This document shows, piece after piece, positions 14,314 through 30,185 of a DNA stretch of 64,000 nucleotides (the first letter of the stretch is position 1; each line of letters starts with the position of its first letter). The position numbers and the translations under genes are program-made. The notes under the pieces were generated by a model. The model was not told where the DNA came from, did no database searches, and saw only the letters and a list, made by a program, of their open reading frames with translations. The stretch is from the human T2T-CHM13v2.0 reference genome, Homo sapiens: assembly GCF_009914755.1 (NCBI RefSeq), contig NC_060940.1. One strand, given 5' to 3'.

Positions 14314-15020
14314 GTGGGTGACTCAGGAAGGCCTTTAGTCCAAGACAGCCCACAAACTGTCCAGGTGCTGGCTGCCACCACTGCCATCTGGGCCTTAGAA
14401 TGGGATGTCAGGACGCACCTGCAGCTGGCACTCTGTCCTCGGAACCTGCCATTTAAATAAGCTCCCAGGCACCTCCGATGCAGGTGCATGGAGTGGCTGT
14501 GGGATCCGGCGATCTGTCTGGAACTGACTTTCTGCATTTTCCTCTCACGTGTGCACCTGCCCCTCTTTGAGAATGTGGTGGCCAGGTCGGGGCAGCTGCA
14601 CCACCAGTGAGTCTCATGTGGTTGGTGCTGAGCCTGCATCTGAGCGAGTGAGCCGAGGCCTGGTGGAATTGCCCTGCGGTCTCGGTCCATTGCCTCCTCC
14701 TCCAGTGAGAGCCCCCGCCTGAGCACACCCAACCTGCCACCTGTCTTTACCTTTCCTCTGCGGTCCCTGACTCTGAACTCTTCAAGTAATGTGGAGTTAG
14801 TCAGCACTTTATTGCTTCTAGGGAAGCAGAGGTGAGAATTTAGGGGTGGACCAAGAAAGCTAGATCCTATCTGTGGAGATCCAGGTTGTGGGAGGAGGTT
14901 TCATGACATTTCTTAGCTGTTCCTAAAAGACATGCGAAGCTTCACATGGCTGGGCTTGGTAAGACCATCCAAGAGGCTGGGGCTGCCAATATAATTTGTT
15001 ATTTTGATTATTTTTTTTAG

Positions 15021-15203
15021 AAGCTGAACAAACTGAAAGGAACATTCACCCCACTACAATGATGTTTACCAGCACTATTAACTTACTGCAGACTCTTTGT
15101 CTGCCTGCCAGAGTTCATGCTGAGATCATGCAGAGCGAAGCCACCAAGACTTTATGCGGACTGCTGCAAATATTAGTGGAAAGCGGAACGACGGACAAGA
15201 CAC
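15021..15203 (+). pseudogene. HERC2P: HERC2P exon ~38 (GC donor)
   Basis: tttAG|AEQTERNIHPTTMMFTSTINLLQTLC...VESGTTDKT|GCatgg. Confidence 0.9.
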
Positions 15204-15295
15204 GCATGGAATGAGAGATTGAGGGCCCAGGGAGTCAGCGCTGGGGGCCGCACGCTTGTCGTGTCCGGGTGTGCATGTGGGTGGGTGTGGATGTG

Positions 15296-16103
15296 TGTGG
15301 ATTCATTTCCTGTGGCTGCTGTAACAAAGTACTACAAACTTGGGGGCTTACGCAGTAGAAATTCTCATGATTCTGGTGGTTGGAAGACTGAGATCAAGGG
15401 TGGTTCCTTCTGGGGCTGTGAGGGAGAAGCTGCTTCAGGGCTCTGCCCCAGCTTCTGGAGTTTGCTGGCCTCTTTAGCGTTCCTCGGCTTGTAGAGGGGT
15501 CACCCTGATCTCTGCCATCATCTTCACATGGCATTCTCCCTGTGTGTGAGTCACCTCCAAATCTCCCCTTTTCATAAGGACATCATTCAACCTCATCAAA
15601 CTGATTACATCTGCAGCGGCCCTATTTCCAAACAAGGTCACCTGCCGAGGTATGGTAGGGGTTAGGGCTTCAACATACAAATTTTGCAATTCTGAATTCA
15701 ACCCATAACACTGGCTTCAAACAACAAATTTGTTCTCTCAGAGTTCTGGAGACCAGAAGTCCCAAATCCAGGTGCGGGCAGGGCCATGCTCCCTCCACAG
15801 GCTCTAGGGGAAGGTCCTTCCTTACCTTATCCAGCTTCTGGGAGCTCCAGGCTTCCCTGGTGTGGGGACGCATTGTGCCAGTCTCAGAGGCCTGCATCTT
15901 CACATGGCCCCTGCCCCTGTGTTCTGCATGTCTTTTTCTGTCTCTGAAAGGACTCTTTCATTGAGCTTCTTTGACTCTAATCCAACATGATGTCACCTAA
16001 ATTCTTACCTTAAGGACGTCTACAGAGACCTCATTAAATAAGATCATATTCTGAGTTCCGAATGTATGTGAAGTTGGGGGACAGGCACAGTTTAATCCAT
16101 AAA
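15296..16103 (-). mobile_element. Two adjacent MLT1 (MaLR) LTRs (~15296-15710 and ~15711-16103)
   Basis: gctgctgtaacaaagtactacaaacttgggggctta...caacccataaca; the second has ctctcagagttctggagaccagaagtcc. Confidence 0.8.
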
Positions 16104-16104
16104 G

Positions 16105-17115
16105 TGTTTGTGTGTGTGGAGAGTAAGTATGAGAAATGTGAGCTGAGGGAGTGGGGTGAGTGTGCATGCGACTGAGAGTGAGCACATGTGAGTGTGGGTG
16201 GGTATGTGGGTGTGCTCCAGTGTGTGTGAGAACATGCATGTATTAGTGGTGTGCTGGAGCATCTGCACATATTGGTGAGAGTGTGTTAGCGGTTGATGGG
16301 CAAGTGGCTGAGCGTTTGTGTTGCAAGTGTGACAGTGTGTTTGTAGCATGTGGTTGTGTGGGTGTATGTATGCATGCATTTATGTGAGTGGTGTGTATGT
16401 CCGTGACAGCATGTGAGTGGGCAGGTGACTACAGTCAGGTGAAGTGGGAGTGAAAGCGTCAGTGCATTGAGCCAGTGTGTGTGTGAGGGTGAGCACGAGG
16501 GAGGCATGAGTGTGAGTGTGAGGGGATTACTGGGTGTGCCAATGAGATGAAGTGTAAGTCAGTGAGGCTTGATGAGTGTGAGGAAGTATGGGTGGCAGCA
16601 CAAGTGTAAGTGTGCGATTGTGAGCATTTGTGTAAATGTGTATGAGTGCCTTGAATCAGTGGGAGCACGAGTGACGTTATTGTGAAGGCGTGTGAGCGAA
16701 TGTGAGCATTTTGCTTGTGTCAGTGGGAGGTAACAGTGTAGGTGTGAGTGTAAAGTGAGAAAGTGGGTGTAGGTGTGAGTGTAAAGTGAGAAAGTGGGTA
16801 AAGGTGTGAGTGGGTGAGGAATCGGTTGTGACTAGTGTTGAGTGTGAGTGCATATGTGAGTTTTTGTATGCAGTGGGAGGGGTAAGTGTATGTGAGAGTG
16901 CATAGGAGTGTGTGTCAGATTGCATCTTAGGTTGTGTGTGCATACGTGTGACTGGGATTGTGTGTGTGTTAGTGATTGCGACGGTGTGAGTGCACCTGTG
17001 TGAGGGTGGGTGTGTGAGTGCCCATGAGTGTGTCTGAATAACTTAGTATGGGTGTGGGTGTGAGGATGCATGTGAGGGTGTGAGAGTGTGTGTGTGTGAG
17101 CGCATGTGAGTATGC
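16105..17115. repeat. Degenerate (GT)/(GAGT)-rich low-complexity tract
   Basis: ~1 kb of gtgtgagtgt-type motifs; includes a 31-bp duplication near 16736-16797. Confidence 0.9.
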
Positions 17116-17596
17116 TGAAGGAAGGCAGGTGTCCTCAAAAGCTTGGATAGCTGAGGGCGGGGGAGGTGGGCGGGGGGGAGGTGGGAGGCGAGAGCAGGTC
17201 CTGTGGGGCTGTGGGCGGGGTCCCTTAGGGGGGCCCAGCCTCCAAGCCTCAGCCTCCATTCAGGGAGTAATGGAGTCCTGGAGCCAGGCGGAGCAGAGGT
17301 GGGCCCACTGGTGCCAGAATCCAATGGTGTAAACCTAGTGAAAAACTCATTTTGTTAATGCAGATGTATTAAACTTGGATTGGAAACTGTCTCTACTAAA
17401 AATGCAAAAAAAGTATTTAAGTGGTGCAGATTAAATATAAGCAAGATTGTGGAGATATTTAAAACACAAAATTAAAAATGCAGTTGCAAATTACTGCTAT
17501 TTGAATTATAGATCATTTTCTTATTGCCTAGAAACAATACATAGCTAAAATTCCCTAACTACTTTTACTACACATACTTAGAAGGTTTTAAAAATA

Positions 17597-17712
17597 CCTG
17601 TAGTCTCAGCTATTCAGCAGGGCAAGGCAGGAGAATCACTTGAAGGAGTTTTAGACCAGCCTGGGCAACGTAGTGAGGGCAGGGCCCATCTCTTAAAAAA
17701 AAAAAAAAAAAA
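17597..17712 (+). mobile_element. Alu monomer-like fragment
   Basis: cctgtagtctcagcta...gaccagcctgggcaac...poly-A. Confidence 0.75.
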
Positions 17713-17915
17713 ATGCGGAAATGTTTCTTGAACTACCTTAAAAGCCTTCTTGCACTTCTCACTTTGAATTAGTTTGAATTAATTTACAAACTGCAATATA
17801 TTTTAAAGGAGCTTATTGTAGAAAATAAAATAAGTTGATAAAAAAATAAGGATTTATCTTTAGGGATTTGTCTTTAGGGACTTGTTACCAAGCATGTCTA
17901 TTTTCCCTTCCGCAG

Positions 17916-18097
17916 CTTCTCCAAACAGGCTGGTGTACAGGGAGCAACACCGGAGCTGGTGCATGCTGGGGTTTGTGCGGAGCATCGCTCTCACGCCGCA
18001 GGTGTGCAGCGCCCTCAGCTCCCCGCAGTGGATCACGCTGCTCATGAAGGTCATGAAAGGGCACACACCCTTCACTGCCGCCTCGCTGCAGAGGCAG
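17916..18097 (+). pseudogene. HERC2P: HERC2P exon ~39
   Basis: cgcAG|SPNRLVYREQHRSW...AASLQRQ|GTaacg. Confidence 0.93.
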
Positions 18098-18535
18098 GTA
18101 ACGTGCTGCCAGGCAAAACCAGTTCCCTGAGAGAGGCATCCATGTACTGAAGTTCCCTGCCCTTAGAGTCGGGCCTTTATTCAGTAAGGAGTGCAGAAAG
18201 GGTCTAGAAGTAACAGGGTAGATTTTCTGGAGGCAAGGGGCAGTGGTCCTTGATAATTGGTAAGTTGCTAACCTTTAGTTTACCTGCTTTTAAGTGGTAA
18301 ATCCTGCAACTACTTGCTCATCTGCTTCACAGAATTTGTAGCATAATTGTCTTAAGAATTAAACTAAAAATAATTCTTTTTTAATTAAACACATGCATCT
18401 GTAATGTTGCTTTTTTCTAAAGTCCCTGACAATCCTAATCACTAATCAACTTGAGTGTAATTACCTGGCTGTAAAATAACGAATCTCAAAATTTTCACAT
18501 GATTATTTGCATTATGAGAACAGAAAATAAAGAGA

Positions 18536-18860
18536 GGCTGGGCGCAGTGGCTCATGCCTGTAATCCCAGCACTTTGGGAGGCCGAGGCAGGTGGATCATG
18601 AGGTCAGGAGTTTGAAACCAGCCTGGCCAACATAGTGAAATCCTGTCTCTACTAAAAATCCAAGAAAAATGAGCCGGGCTTGGTGGTGGGTGCCTGTAAT
18701 CCCAGCTACTCAGGAAGCTAAGGCAAGGAGAATCGCTTGAACCTGGGAGGTGGAGGTTGTAGTGAGCCGAGACCGTGCCACTGCACTCCAGCCCGGGTGA
18801 CAGTGTGAGACTCTGTCTCAAAAAAAAAAAAAAAAAAAAAAAGAAAGAAAGAAAAGAGAA
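18536..18860 (+). mobile_element. AluS
   Basis: ggctgggcgcagtggctcatgcc...poly-A. Confidence 0.93.
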
Positions 18861-18925
18861 AGTAACAGTCTGTAGTTTCTTAATCAGATTTTTAATGCTT
18901 GTCATTTTAAATTTTCTTTTATCAG

Positions 18926-19073
18926 ATCTTAGCTGTGCATTTGTTGCAAGCAGTCCTTCCGTCATGGGACAAGACCAAAAGGGCGAGGGACATGAAATGC
19001 CCGGTGGAGAAGCTGTTTGACTTCTTGGGGAGCTTGCTCAGTACCTGCTCCTCTGACGTGCCATTACTCAGAG
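18926..19073 (+). pseudogene. HERC2P: HERC2P exon ~40
   Basis: atcAG|[17 protein letters not shown]...CSSDVPLLR|GTgggt; its 3' end lies within the 62-bp repeat. Confidence 0.93.
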
Positions 19074-19243
19074 GTGGGTGGCCGTCTCCCTTCCCCATGC
19101 CCTGGTGAAGAGCGGCACAGTGCCATCACTCAGAGGTGGGTGGCTGTCTCCCTTCCCTGTGCCCTGGTGAATTGTGGCACAGTGCCATCACTCAGAGGTC
19201 GGTGGCCGTCTCCCTTCCCTGTGTCCTGGTGAAGAGCAGTGCA
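19058..19243 (+). repeat. Minisatellite, 62 bp x 3, spanning the exon end and splice donor
   Basis: Units start at 19058, 19120 and 19182 (gtgccatYactcagaggtSggtgg...). Confidence 0.95.
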
Positions 19244-19271
19244 GCAGCTTCTCCCCTTGTTTCCTCCTCAG

Positions 19272-19468
19272 AGTCCATGCCGAGGTGGCGCAGGGTGCGC
19301 CCGCAGGCCTTGCTGACTGCCACCCATAGCAGCACACTGGTGGAGGTGGTGGTGGCACTGCTGTGCACGCTGCACTCCCTGACTCAGTGGAATGGGCTCA
19401 TCAACAAGTACATCAACTCCCAGCTCCGCTCCATCACCCACAGCTTTGTGGGAAGGCCTTCTGAAGGG
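19272..19468 (+). pseudogene. HERC2P: HERC2P exon ~41
   Basis: ctcAG|SMPRWRRVRPQ...LTQWNGLINKYINSQLRSITHSFVGRPSEG|GTgagt. Confidence 0.93.
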
Positions 19469-19572
19469 GTGAGTTTGTGTTCTCAGAATTAATTTAGTTG
19501 AACAGTAAACTTGTAGGGATTGGGCAGCTCCGTGAGTGTCCCTGGTCGAGCTCACTGTTTGGTCTGCACTAG

Positions 19573-19803
19573 GCCCAGTTAGAGGACTACTTCCCCGACT
19601 CCGAGAACCCTGAAGTGGGGGGCCTCATGGCGGTCCTGGCTGTGATTGGAGGCATCGATGGTCGCCTGTGCCTGGGCGGCCAAATTGTGCACGATGAGTT
19701 TGGAGAAGACACCGTGACTGGCATCACCCCGAAGGGCAAAATCACCGTGCAGTTCTCTGACATGCGGACGTGTCACATTTGCCCATTGAATCAGCTGAAA
19801 CCA
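19573..19803 (+). pseudogene. HERC2P: HERC2P exon ~42 (last exon present)
   Basis: ctAG|AQLEDYFPDSENPEVGGLMAVLAVIGGIDGRL...CPLNQLKP|GTaggt. Confidence 0.93.
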
Positions 19804-20131
19804 GTAGGTGAACTTGTGCTCAGTTACTGTATGATAAGGGAAATTGGCTTTACACTAGGACCCAGCACCAACATTAGCACTTGAAAGAACTTGATTCTGG
19901 TACTTCAAGTTTGCCTTCTAGGAAGCTGTGTGAGCTTGCGCTTCTGTGGTGAGCAGGGCCTGTCTCACAGGGCACCTAAAGCAGTGGTTCCTGTGTTTTT
20001 CAGCCTCAGAGACATGAAGAGGGCTTTAGCAACCTAGAAGGTACCGTGCGTCTATGAGGTAGTTCTAATTATTTTAAAATGTGAATTTATGAAGTTTACT
20101 TTTTATTGAACAACTCAAGTATTAAAAAAAC

Positions 20132-22526
<2,395 letters not shown>

Positions 22527-24128
22527 TATATATAATAAAAATAAAAATCAACTCTCATTGATTTCTATGTAAATATGCACAGGTGATGTCCATATAGACA
22601 TAAAAAATAATATTTCTGACAGTGGGTCCATATGATCTTCAAAATGTAAAATGCCTGTCTGTGTAATTGACTGGTTAGACTCATTAATGAATATAGATTC
22701 AATTCTACTTTCTTGTTGTAGATAAATTATATAATCTAGCTTTTCATTTCACTTTTTTACTGATAACAACAGGAAGAATGACAAGATATGTATTTTGGAA
22801 AATTACTCTGGTAGGAGTAAAGATGAAACAATGATAGAATTGCACGGACAACTAGAAAAAAGTATGGTCTTCTGATATTCTATCACATCACATACTAAAG
22901 GCCTCATAAAACTCAGATATTTTATCTAAAAATGTTATTTTCATCATAGGAATGATAAAAGCATGAGAGTACAGTTGTATTAAAATGTGCTTGTATCACA
23001 AGCACAGGTGCTAAAAAGGAGGGGAAAACATCCTTACTGATATTTTCAATGTATGTTTTACTTTTCATCAACATGAACCTCAACTTGATATGATGCAGAT
23101 TGAAGGAAATCACCCATAATTCCATATGAAAAAGGCCTGTGATATTTTATGGGAAAATAAATAGAGAAAATGCTAACGGAAACTCTGTTAAGCATGAAGC
23201 TTTATGGAGCAAACACAAATCCAGTGGTGAAAGATACACACTCGAGTTCTGTTTGTTGTCTTGGAACAATACGGTTTAGAGGTGACTGGCGGGTGAGGAG
23301 AACATATGCGAGTTCACCAAAGAGAAAAGCTGAATGAGGCAATGCCTCTTCCTGACCATATCTCTTACTCAGATAACTATAGAATTTATTGTCCAGTAAA
23401 GGGTATATTAAAAAATCATATTAAAAGTCATGCAGTGAAGTTGTCCAGGGAAATCAAGACTTAACAGTCTCACTCTGACAATAATGAACAGGGGGATTCC
23501 CTCAAGATAGACTAGGACATGACCCCACACTGGCAGGTAGTAGTACGAGAAAAGAACGCATGGAAAATCTTTACCTTATGCTTGAGGTAGGGACCAGGCT
23601 AAAGTGAAAGCCAGACCTAAAATTCTATCTAAAATAAATCCACAATTGAAGAAAATATGTGGTGTACAGGCATAGAATGTCTTTACTGGATCATTAAAAT
23701 AGTAAGATAAATTGAACTTTTTACATTGTTTTCTTTTCCTCCAGTTAGGGCTTGAGGTTTGTCTCTGGAGAGTGACTGTCAATTGGAGCCCTGCCTTTCT
23801 GGGGTTCTGGTCAGGGGGTTGTGGATGCTTAACATGTGCCTTTCACAGGACACTTCCTTACCCCAGCAGTGGCCAGGTGTGCATCCCACGGCCAGGCCTC
23901 CCTCTCACAGAACATCTGTTGAGACTAGGAGATGCCTAGTGACTGTTGCCTGACTTGTGTCCTGTGTATTTCTGACAAGAGGCACTCTCAGAGACCCTGG
24001 CCAGGAGGAGAGTTAGGTTCCAGTGTAGGTCAGCTCAGACACATGGAGGCCACAGAACCAAACATGGGAAATCACAGAAGTAGGTTTATTACTCACAGAT
24101 CCAGAGAGAAGAGGGTAGCTGAGAAGAG

Positions 24129-24466
24129 GGTTTAGCTGTGTCCCCAGCCAAATCTCATCTTGATTTCCCACATGTTGTGGGAGGGAACAGGTGGGAGGTA
24201 ATTGAATCACGGGGGCAGGTCTTTCCCATGCTGTTCTTCTGATAGTGAATAAGTCTCACAAGATCTGATGGTTTTATAAAGGGGTGTTTCCCTGCACAAT
24301 CTCTCTTGTCTTGTCTGCTGCCATGTGAGATGTGCCTTTCAGCTTGCGGCATGATTGTGAGGCCTACCCAGCCATGTGGAATCGTGCATCTATTAAACCT
24401 CTTTCTTCTGGAAATTACCCAGTCTTGGGCATGTCTTTACCGGCAGTGTGAAAATGGACTGATACA
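24129..24466 (+). mobile_element. THE1 (THE1A-like) solo LTR
   Basis: gctgtgtccccagccaaatctcatcttga...gtgaataagtctcacaagatctgatgg...attaaacctcttt...aaaatggactgataca. Confidence 0.9.
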
Positions 24467-26785
24467 GTAGCACACCTCATAGGGCTGAACAAAATGGGGA
24501 AGATGAGTGGGGAGCAGGAGACAGAAAAGGGGTCTGTGGGACTCCAGCCATTATTTGGTCCAGAACATTACCCAAATAAGTTTTCCACGGGGTACTAGTC
24601 AGTGGGGTGAGTGCCAGCAGGCACATTTCTTGACTCCCGCTGCAACCGAGCTGGTTACTGTGGCATGTGGGTGCTGTCCATGTGTGCTGTGAAGTCTGTG
24701 GGGTGAGTCAGGTAGGTTGTATCCAACGATTCCATAGCTGGTAGTCACCACGAGGAGACAACTGTGTAGGGTCAATATCTGGGCCAACCACACTGAGGAA
24801 CTGTGAAGGTTAGAACTGGAAATTGTCAAGAGAATCCGAACCCAGCTACCATATGAGAGAGTTCAACTTATGTTCAATGTGAATGCCATGGCAATATTAA
24901 AAGGTAAGAATTCGATCCATATGTGCTTGAGGTAAAGAGGAGAAACCTAGAATTTACGTAAACAGTGAGAAGATTGGATGCGTTTTCCGTCTCATATTTT
25001 AATACTAGCAGCTTATTATATATGTCAATCCATCAGGCATTCAGAAATACATGCTTATGAAAATTTTTTGCACCATCAGACAAAAGACAAGTGTAGAAGA
25101 CATTTGTAACCCTATAAACACTAGTAAATTAAAAACAGAAGGACCTTTATGTCCTAACATATCTGTGTTGTGAAAGGCTGCCCTGTGAAATACGGGATTT
25201 CTTAAACATATTTTAAAAATCATAGGTGTCAATATTTTTTAGAAATCCATTTAAATTTTCTCTTGTTATTTTACAATGCCTATTTATTTATATAGTGGCT
25301 CTGCTGATTTTGATGTATATCCTAAAGTTTATATTTTCTTTAAAAGATGTTTTATACAACTTTATGTAAAATGTTTCAGTATCTTCACATTCTCTCCCTG
25401 TCCTTTTGTTTTGCTCTTATATGGTGGTCTTGAGTCTTTTCTCTGGCTTTTCAAACCTAGTAAGACTAAGACACTAAAGTAACTTTGCCCGAGGTTTGGT
25501 AATGCCTTCTAAAGCACATCCTAAGCTCTCGTGCATACAGGGGCTTCCTTTGAGCTCTGTGCTTTTGAGATCCCATACACCTAAATTCCAGTACTCCAAA
25601 TCAGTACTGCTCAGTTTTAGTGACTAAGTTTAAAAATGTATTTTAATAGCAAGTTAGTTTAGTGCCCTCTTGCTTCTTTCTCGACTGCTTGTATACATGT
25701 ATATTCCTTTAAATGAATCTTGGAATTTATTTAGAAATATTAAATTATACTAATGAAACTGTATATTGTTGTGAATTCATAAGTGAATTTGGAAAGAATT
25801 TGTCTTTATGATACTAAATCCTTTTTATTCAAGAATCATATGTGTCTTTATATTTATTCCAGTCTACATTTATATCACTGAGTAAATATATAGAAATGTG
25901 GATACATACAGCTGTAGTTACAGATACAAATATAGATATAACCTGTTAAATCTATATCTATCCCATATAACATATATACATGTAATATGTGTGTGTTTAT
26001 ATATATATGTTTATGTCATTAAAGAGCTCCCTTAATATTTTTCTTTTATTTCCCTTATAATTTGAGGTTGAGCTTGAATTTTCCTTGTATAAACAAGCAA
26101 ATATTTATACTAGTTTTAATACTGATGTTTAGACATTGTATCTTATTTTAGCGCTGAAGATTTTCACAATTATTATAAATATTATCTAATACTAATAATG
26201 TACCTGTTAAAAATATTTAAAATTTTACCTTTGAATTATTTTATTGTTGAATTAAAATTCCTTTAATATGATAGTAAATTCTATTTTATGCTTTCTCTAT
26301 GCATATGCAAATTAATCTATCCACTTCTCTATCTCTATGTAGTAACATATGAAAATCAGGCCTCTCTTCTTCTAATGGACATACACGTTTGCATATAGAA
26401 TATCAGACTCTTTGTAGCATTTAAAATCTTTAAAGACATGAATATTGCCTTTTAACAAATATATTTTAGCAAGTACTGAGAATCGCCTATTTATTTTTAA
26501 TTTGGGCTAATCAATATGATTATTAATATTACTGGCTTACCAAATTTGGAAACACACTTTCATCCCAAATGTGGATATTTGGTTTTTTTTTTTGCCAATT
26601 TCTTGTCTTACTGTTTCAAATATTGTTGGATATTATTTGTATTTTATTTGGCATTTTAGTATCAACATTTGTAATTGAGGTACTCTACATATTTTTTCAT
26701 CAATATCTGGTGGGTTTCATAGTTACTGCTATATTGGATTTGTAGTAGACATTGACAAAAATTATTCCTGTATGTTTTACAGCTG

Positions 26786-27336
26786 TATGAAGGAAACTAA
26801 TATATTTTACCCCTAAATATATTTCCTTGATATATTTCAAAATGGCTATTGAGAAGGGCTGCAAATGCAATGTTAGCTGCAAAGCTGTCTTGGGGAGATT
26901 TGCATCGGTAGAGAATCTGCCATGATGCAGCCAGGTTTTCTCTGAGGTCTGCCCCCTTGTCTGGATCTAGGAAAGTTTAACTGAGAGGCTGAGGTCTCTA
27001 AAGGTCTGAAAGAAACATTTTCTGTCTATTCTCTCTGAGGACTACTCCCAGTGAGGTTCCACCAATGTAATAAGTCCACTGTTGCTAGCCAGGGTCGTTT
27101 TCTCACATAACCTTTTTCTTTCTTTTCCCTGTGATCCAAGACCCCATTTTTCTGTAAACTTCATGTGGTAGATAAGCTTCTGCTCGCATCGTGTGACTGG
27201 GTCTTCGTTCTAAGGGTTCCAGTGTACACACATTGCAGAAACCTGTATGCCTTTTCTACTATTTATCTGCCTCCTATTCGTGATTTTCAGGGAAACTTCA
27301 GAAGGCAAAAGCGACATTCTCTTTAGCCCATTCTCA
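26786..27336 (+). mobile_element. ERV1 LTR (MER39/MER34-like)
   Basis: tgaaggaaactaatatattttacccctaaatatattt...ggggagatttgcatc...aacttcagaaggcaaaag. Confidence 0.65.
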
Positions 27337-27540
27337 GACAAATTCCCCCAACATTTAACTGATTCCTAATAGCTTAAAATCACATTGAAAAAATCCATGT
27401 ATTTATATCCTTTTCTTCCCTCAATGATTTCTGGTCAGCTTGGGTTTTGTTTTTCATTCCATTTACCTCATCCTCGAAAAGATGTATCTTACGTCTATTT
27501 ATTCTCATTTATGGACATTGAGAAAAGAAAATAACTTTCA

Positions 27541-27971
27541 TGTGAGAAATGCAAGTCCTTTTATATAATCAGGCCCAGAGAGTTATTCAAATGAGACAGC
27601 AGTTCTGTCCTGCTCCTCTTTGAGCTGTGTGTTCATCTAGGCTGCTTGCTGTTGCCACAGTAGCTATAAATTAACCAATAACGCCACACCAGACACTATA
27701 ATCCACACCCCAAAATAGTGTAACAGTGTATAGCCAGTCACTAATAAATGTTATTTCCATAAGCCAATGAGAATTTGTGACAAACCTCTTTGCATCATCC
27801 CACTTCTGGACCCTTTTTTGCCTTTAAGAAACTGCTTGTTGCAAAGCTCCAAAGGGAGTTCATATCCAAGGATACTTGGGTCTGTTTCTTCCAGGCAGCT
27901 GTCCTCATTGTGGCTCAAGTAAACTCTTTGAATTATGTTTTGTGCTTCAGCCCCTTCCACTTAGATTAACA
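27541..27971 (+). mobile_element. ERV1 (MER4-group-like) LTR
   Basis: TG...CA ends; gcagctgtcctcattgtggctcaagtaaactcttt is a typical LTR 3' motif. Confidence 0.55.
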
Positions 27972-28087
27972 ACATGGATTTGTGTCACCATGTACAGCAA
28001 TTAAAATGTTTACACTTTTCCCCTCGAGGGCACTGATGTGTTTTCCTGCGCACTTGGAATAGCTACGTAGTGTTTCCTGTCTAGATT

Positions 28088-28272
28088 ATGGTTTCTCAAT
28101 CTTGGTGCTACTTACCTTTAGGACCAGAGGATTCTTTGTTGTGGGAGGCTGCCCTAGCAATGTTAGGTGTTTCGTTTGACCTCTAAATTTCACACCTCCA
28201 CCAGTCTTGACATCCCCACAATAACCCTAGACATTGACAAATGTCTCCTGGGGAAAACTCTCTACCAGTTGA
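28088..28272. mobile_element. MER20 DNA transposon
   Basis: ggtttctcaatcttgg...attctttgttgtgggaggctg...agacattgacaaatgtctcctgggg. Confidence 0.7.
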
Positions 28273-29249
28273 CAGGCAAAGTTCTGGAAATATTGGAATT
28301 GTCAATTGAGATTTTATGTTATCCAAAACAAATATTTTTCTTTGTTTTTAAACATCTACTTCCATCTACTTATCTACTTATTTTTACTTTTATTTATAAC
28401 TTAATTCCATCAAGGAGAGAGAGTGCATTTTCTGTTATGCTAAATTTTTGAAGAATGTATTGATTTTTTATGACCTGATATATGGATGATATGTAGATAT
28501 TACATGTTTGTATTATCAAATTTCATGGTGATAATAAAATAAATACTTATAATATTTATATTGTCACTGTATATTAGTTATTTTTTTTCTTCACTACAGG
28601 AGGTTTTCAACCTATAGGCTATTTTTCAATTCTAGGTTATCCAGTAGATTTTGAAATGTTATGATTAAATATCTACTTCTCAAGCATTCATCTTTGCAAA
28701 TGAAACAATCCCAAGCTCTTATAATACACATCTTATAAAGGGCAGATTAGTCAATATATGGTTCAGAAATAATTATGTAATATTTATAAGAAAATTAAAA
28801 ATTTAGATCTTTAACTCACATAATAATCCAAATTAAAATGTGATTTCATTACATAATTTAAAATGACACCAGAATACTAGTAAAAATTATATTAAAAAGT
28901 TTATGTAATCTTTTTTAGCTGTAGGACTTTATTAGCATAAATTCAAATACAGGAACCAAAGTAGGATTGAGACCTGTAGTCAAAGGTTAAAATGTACACA
29001 TTATAGGGGCATGATTAAACTAATTTAAAGCATAATAACATGGAGAAATGTTGCAAAACATACATTTTACTGAATTAATTGTTAGTATCTAATCATTTTG
29101 TGAGAACCAAATTAAAAAGTAGCTACACATGCACACACCCACACAGAAGTGCAATATTGTCAAATAAACGATGTTCAGCTACACTAGAAATCACAACTGT
29201 GTTTTCTCCACAGAAAAGATTAAAAATCGCAATAATTTTTATTGTACAT

Positions 29250-30185
<936 letters not shown>

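Noticed and set aside
17153-17235. G-run cluster (possible G4)
   Set aside because: Common intronic motif with nothing further to support a function.
15997-17332. His/Thr-rich minus-strand ORFs
   Set aside because: Translations of the (CA)-rich low-complexity tract.
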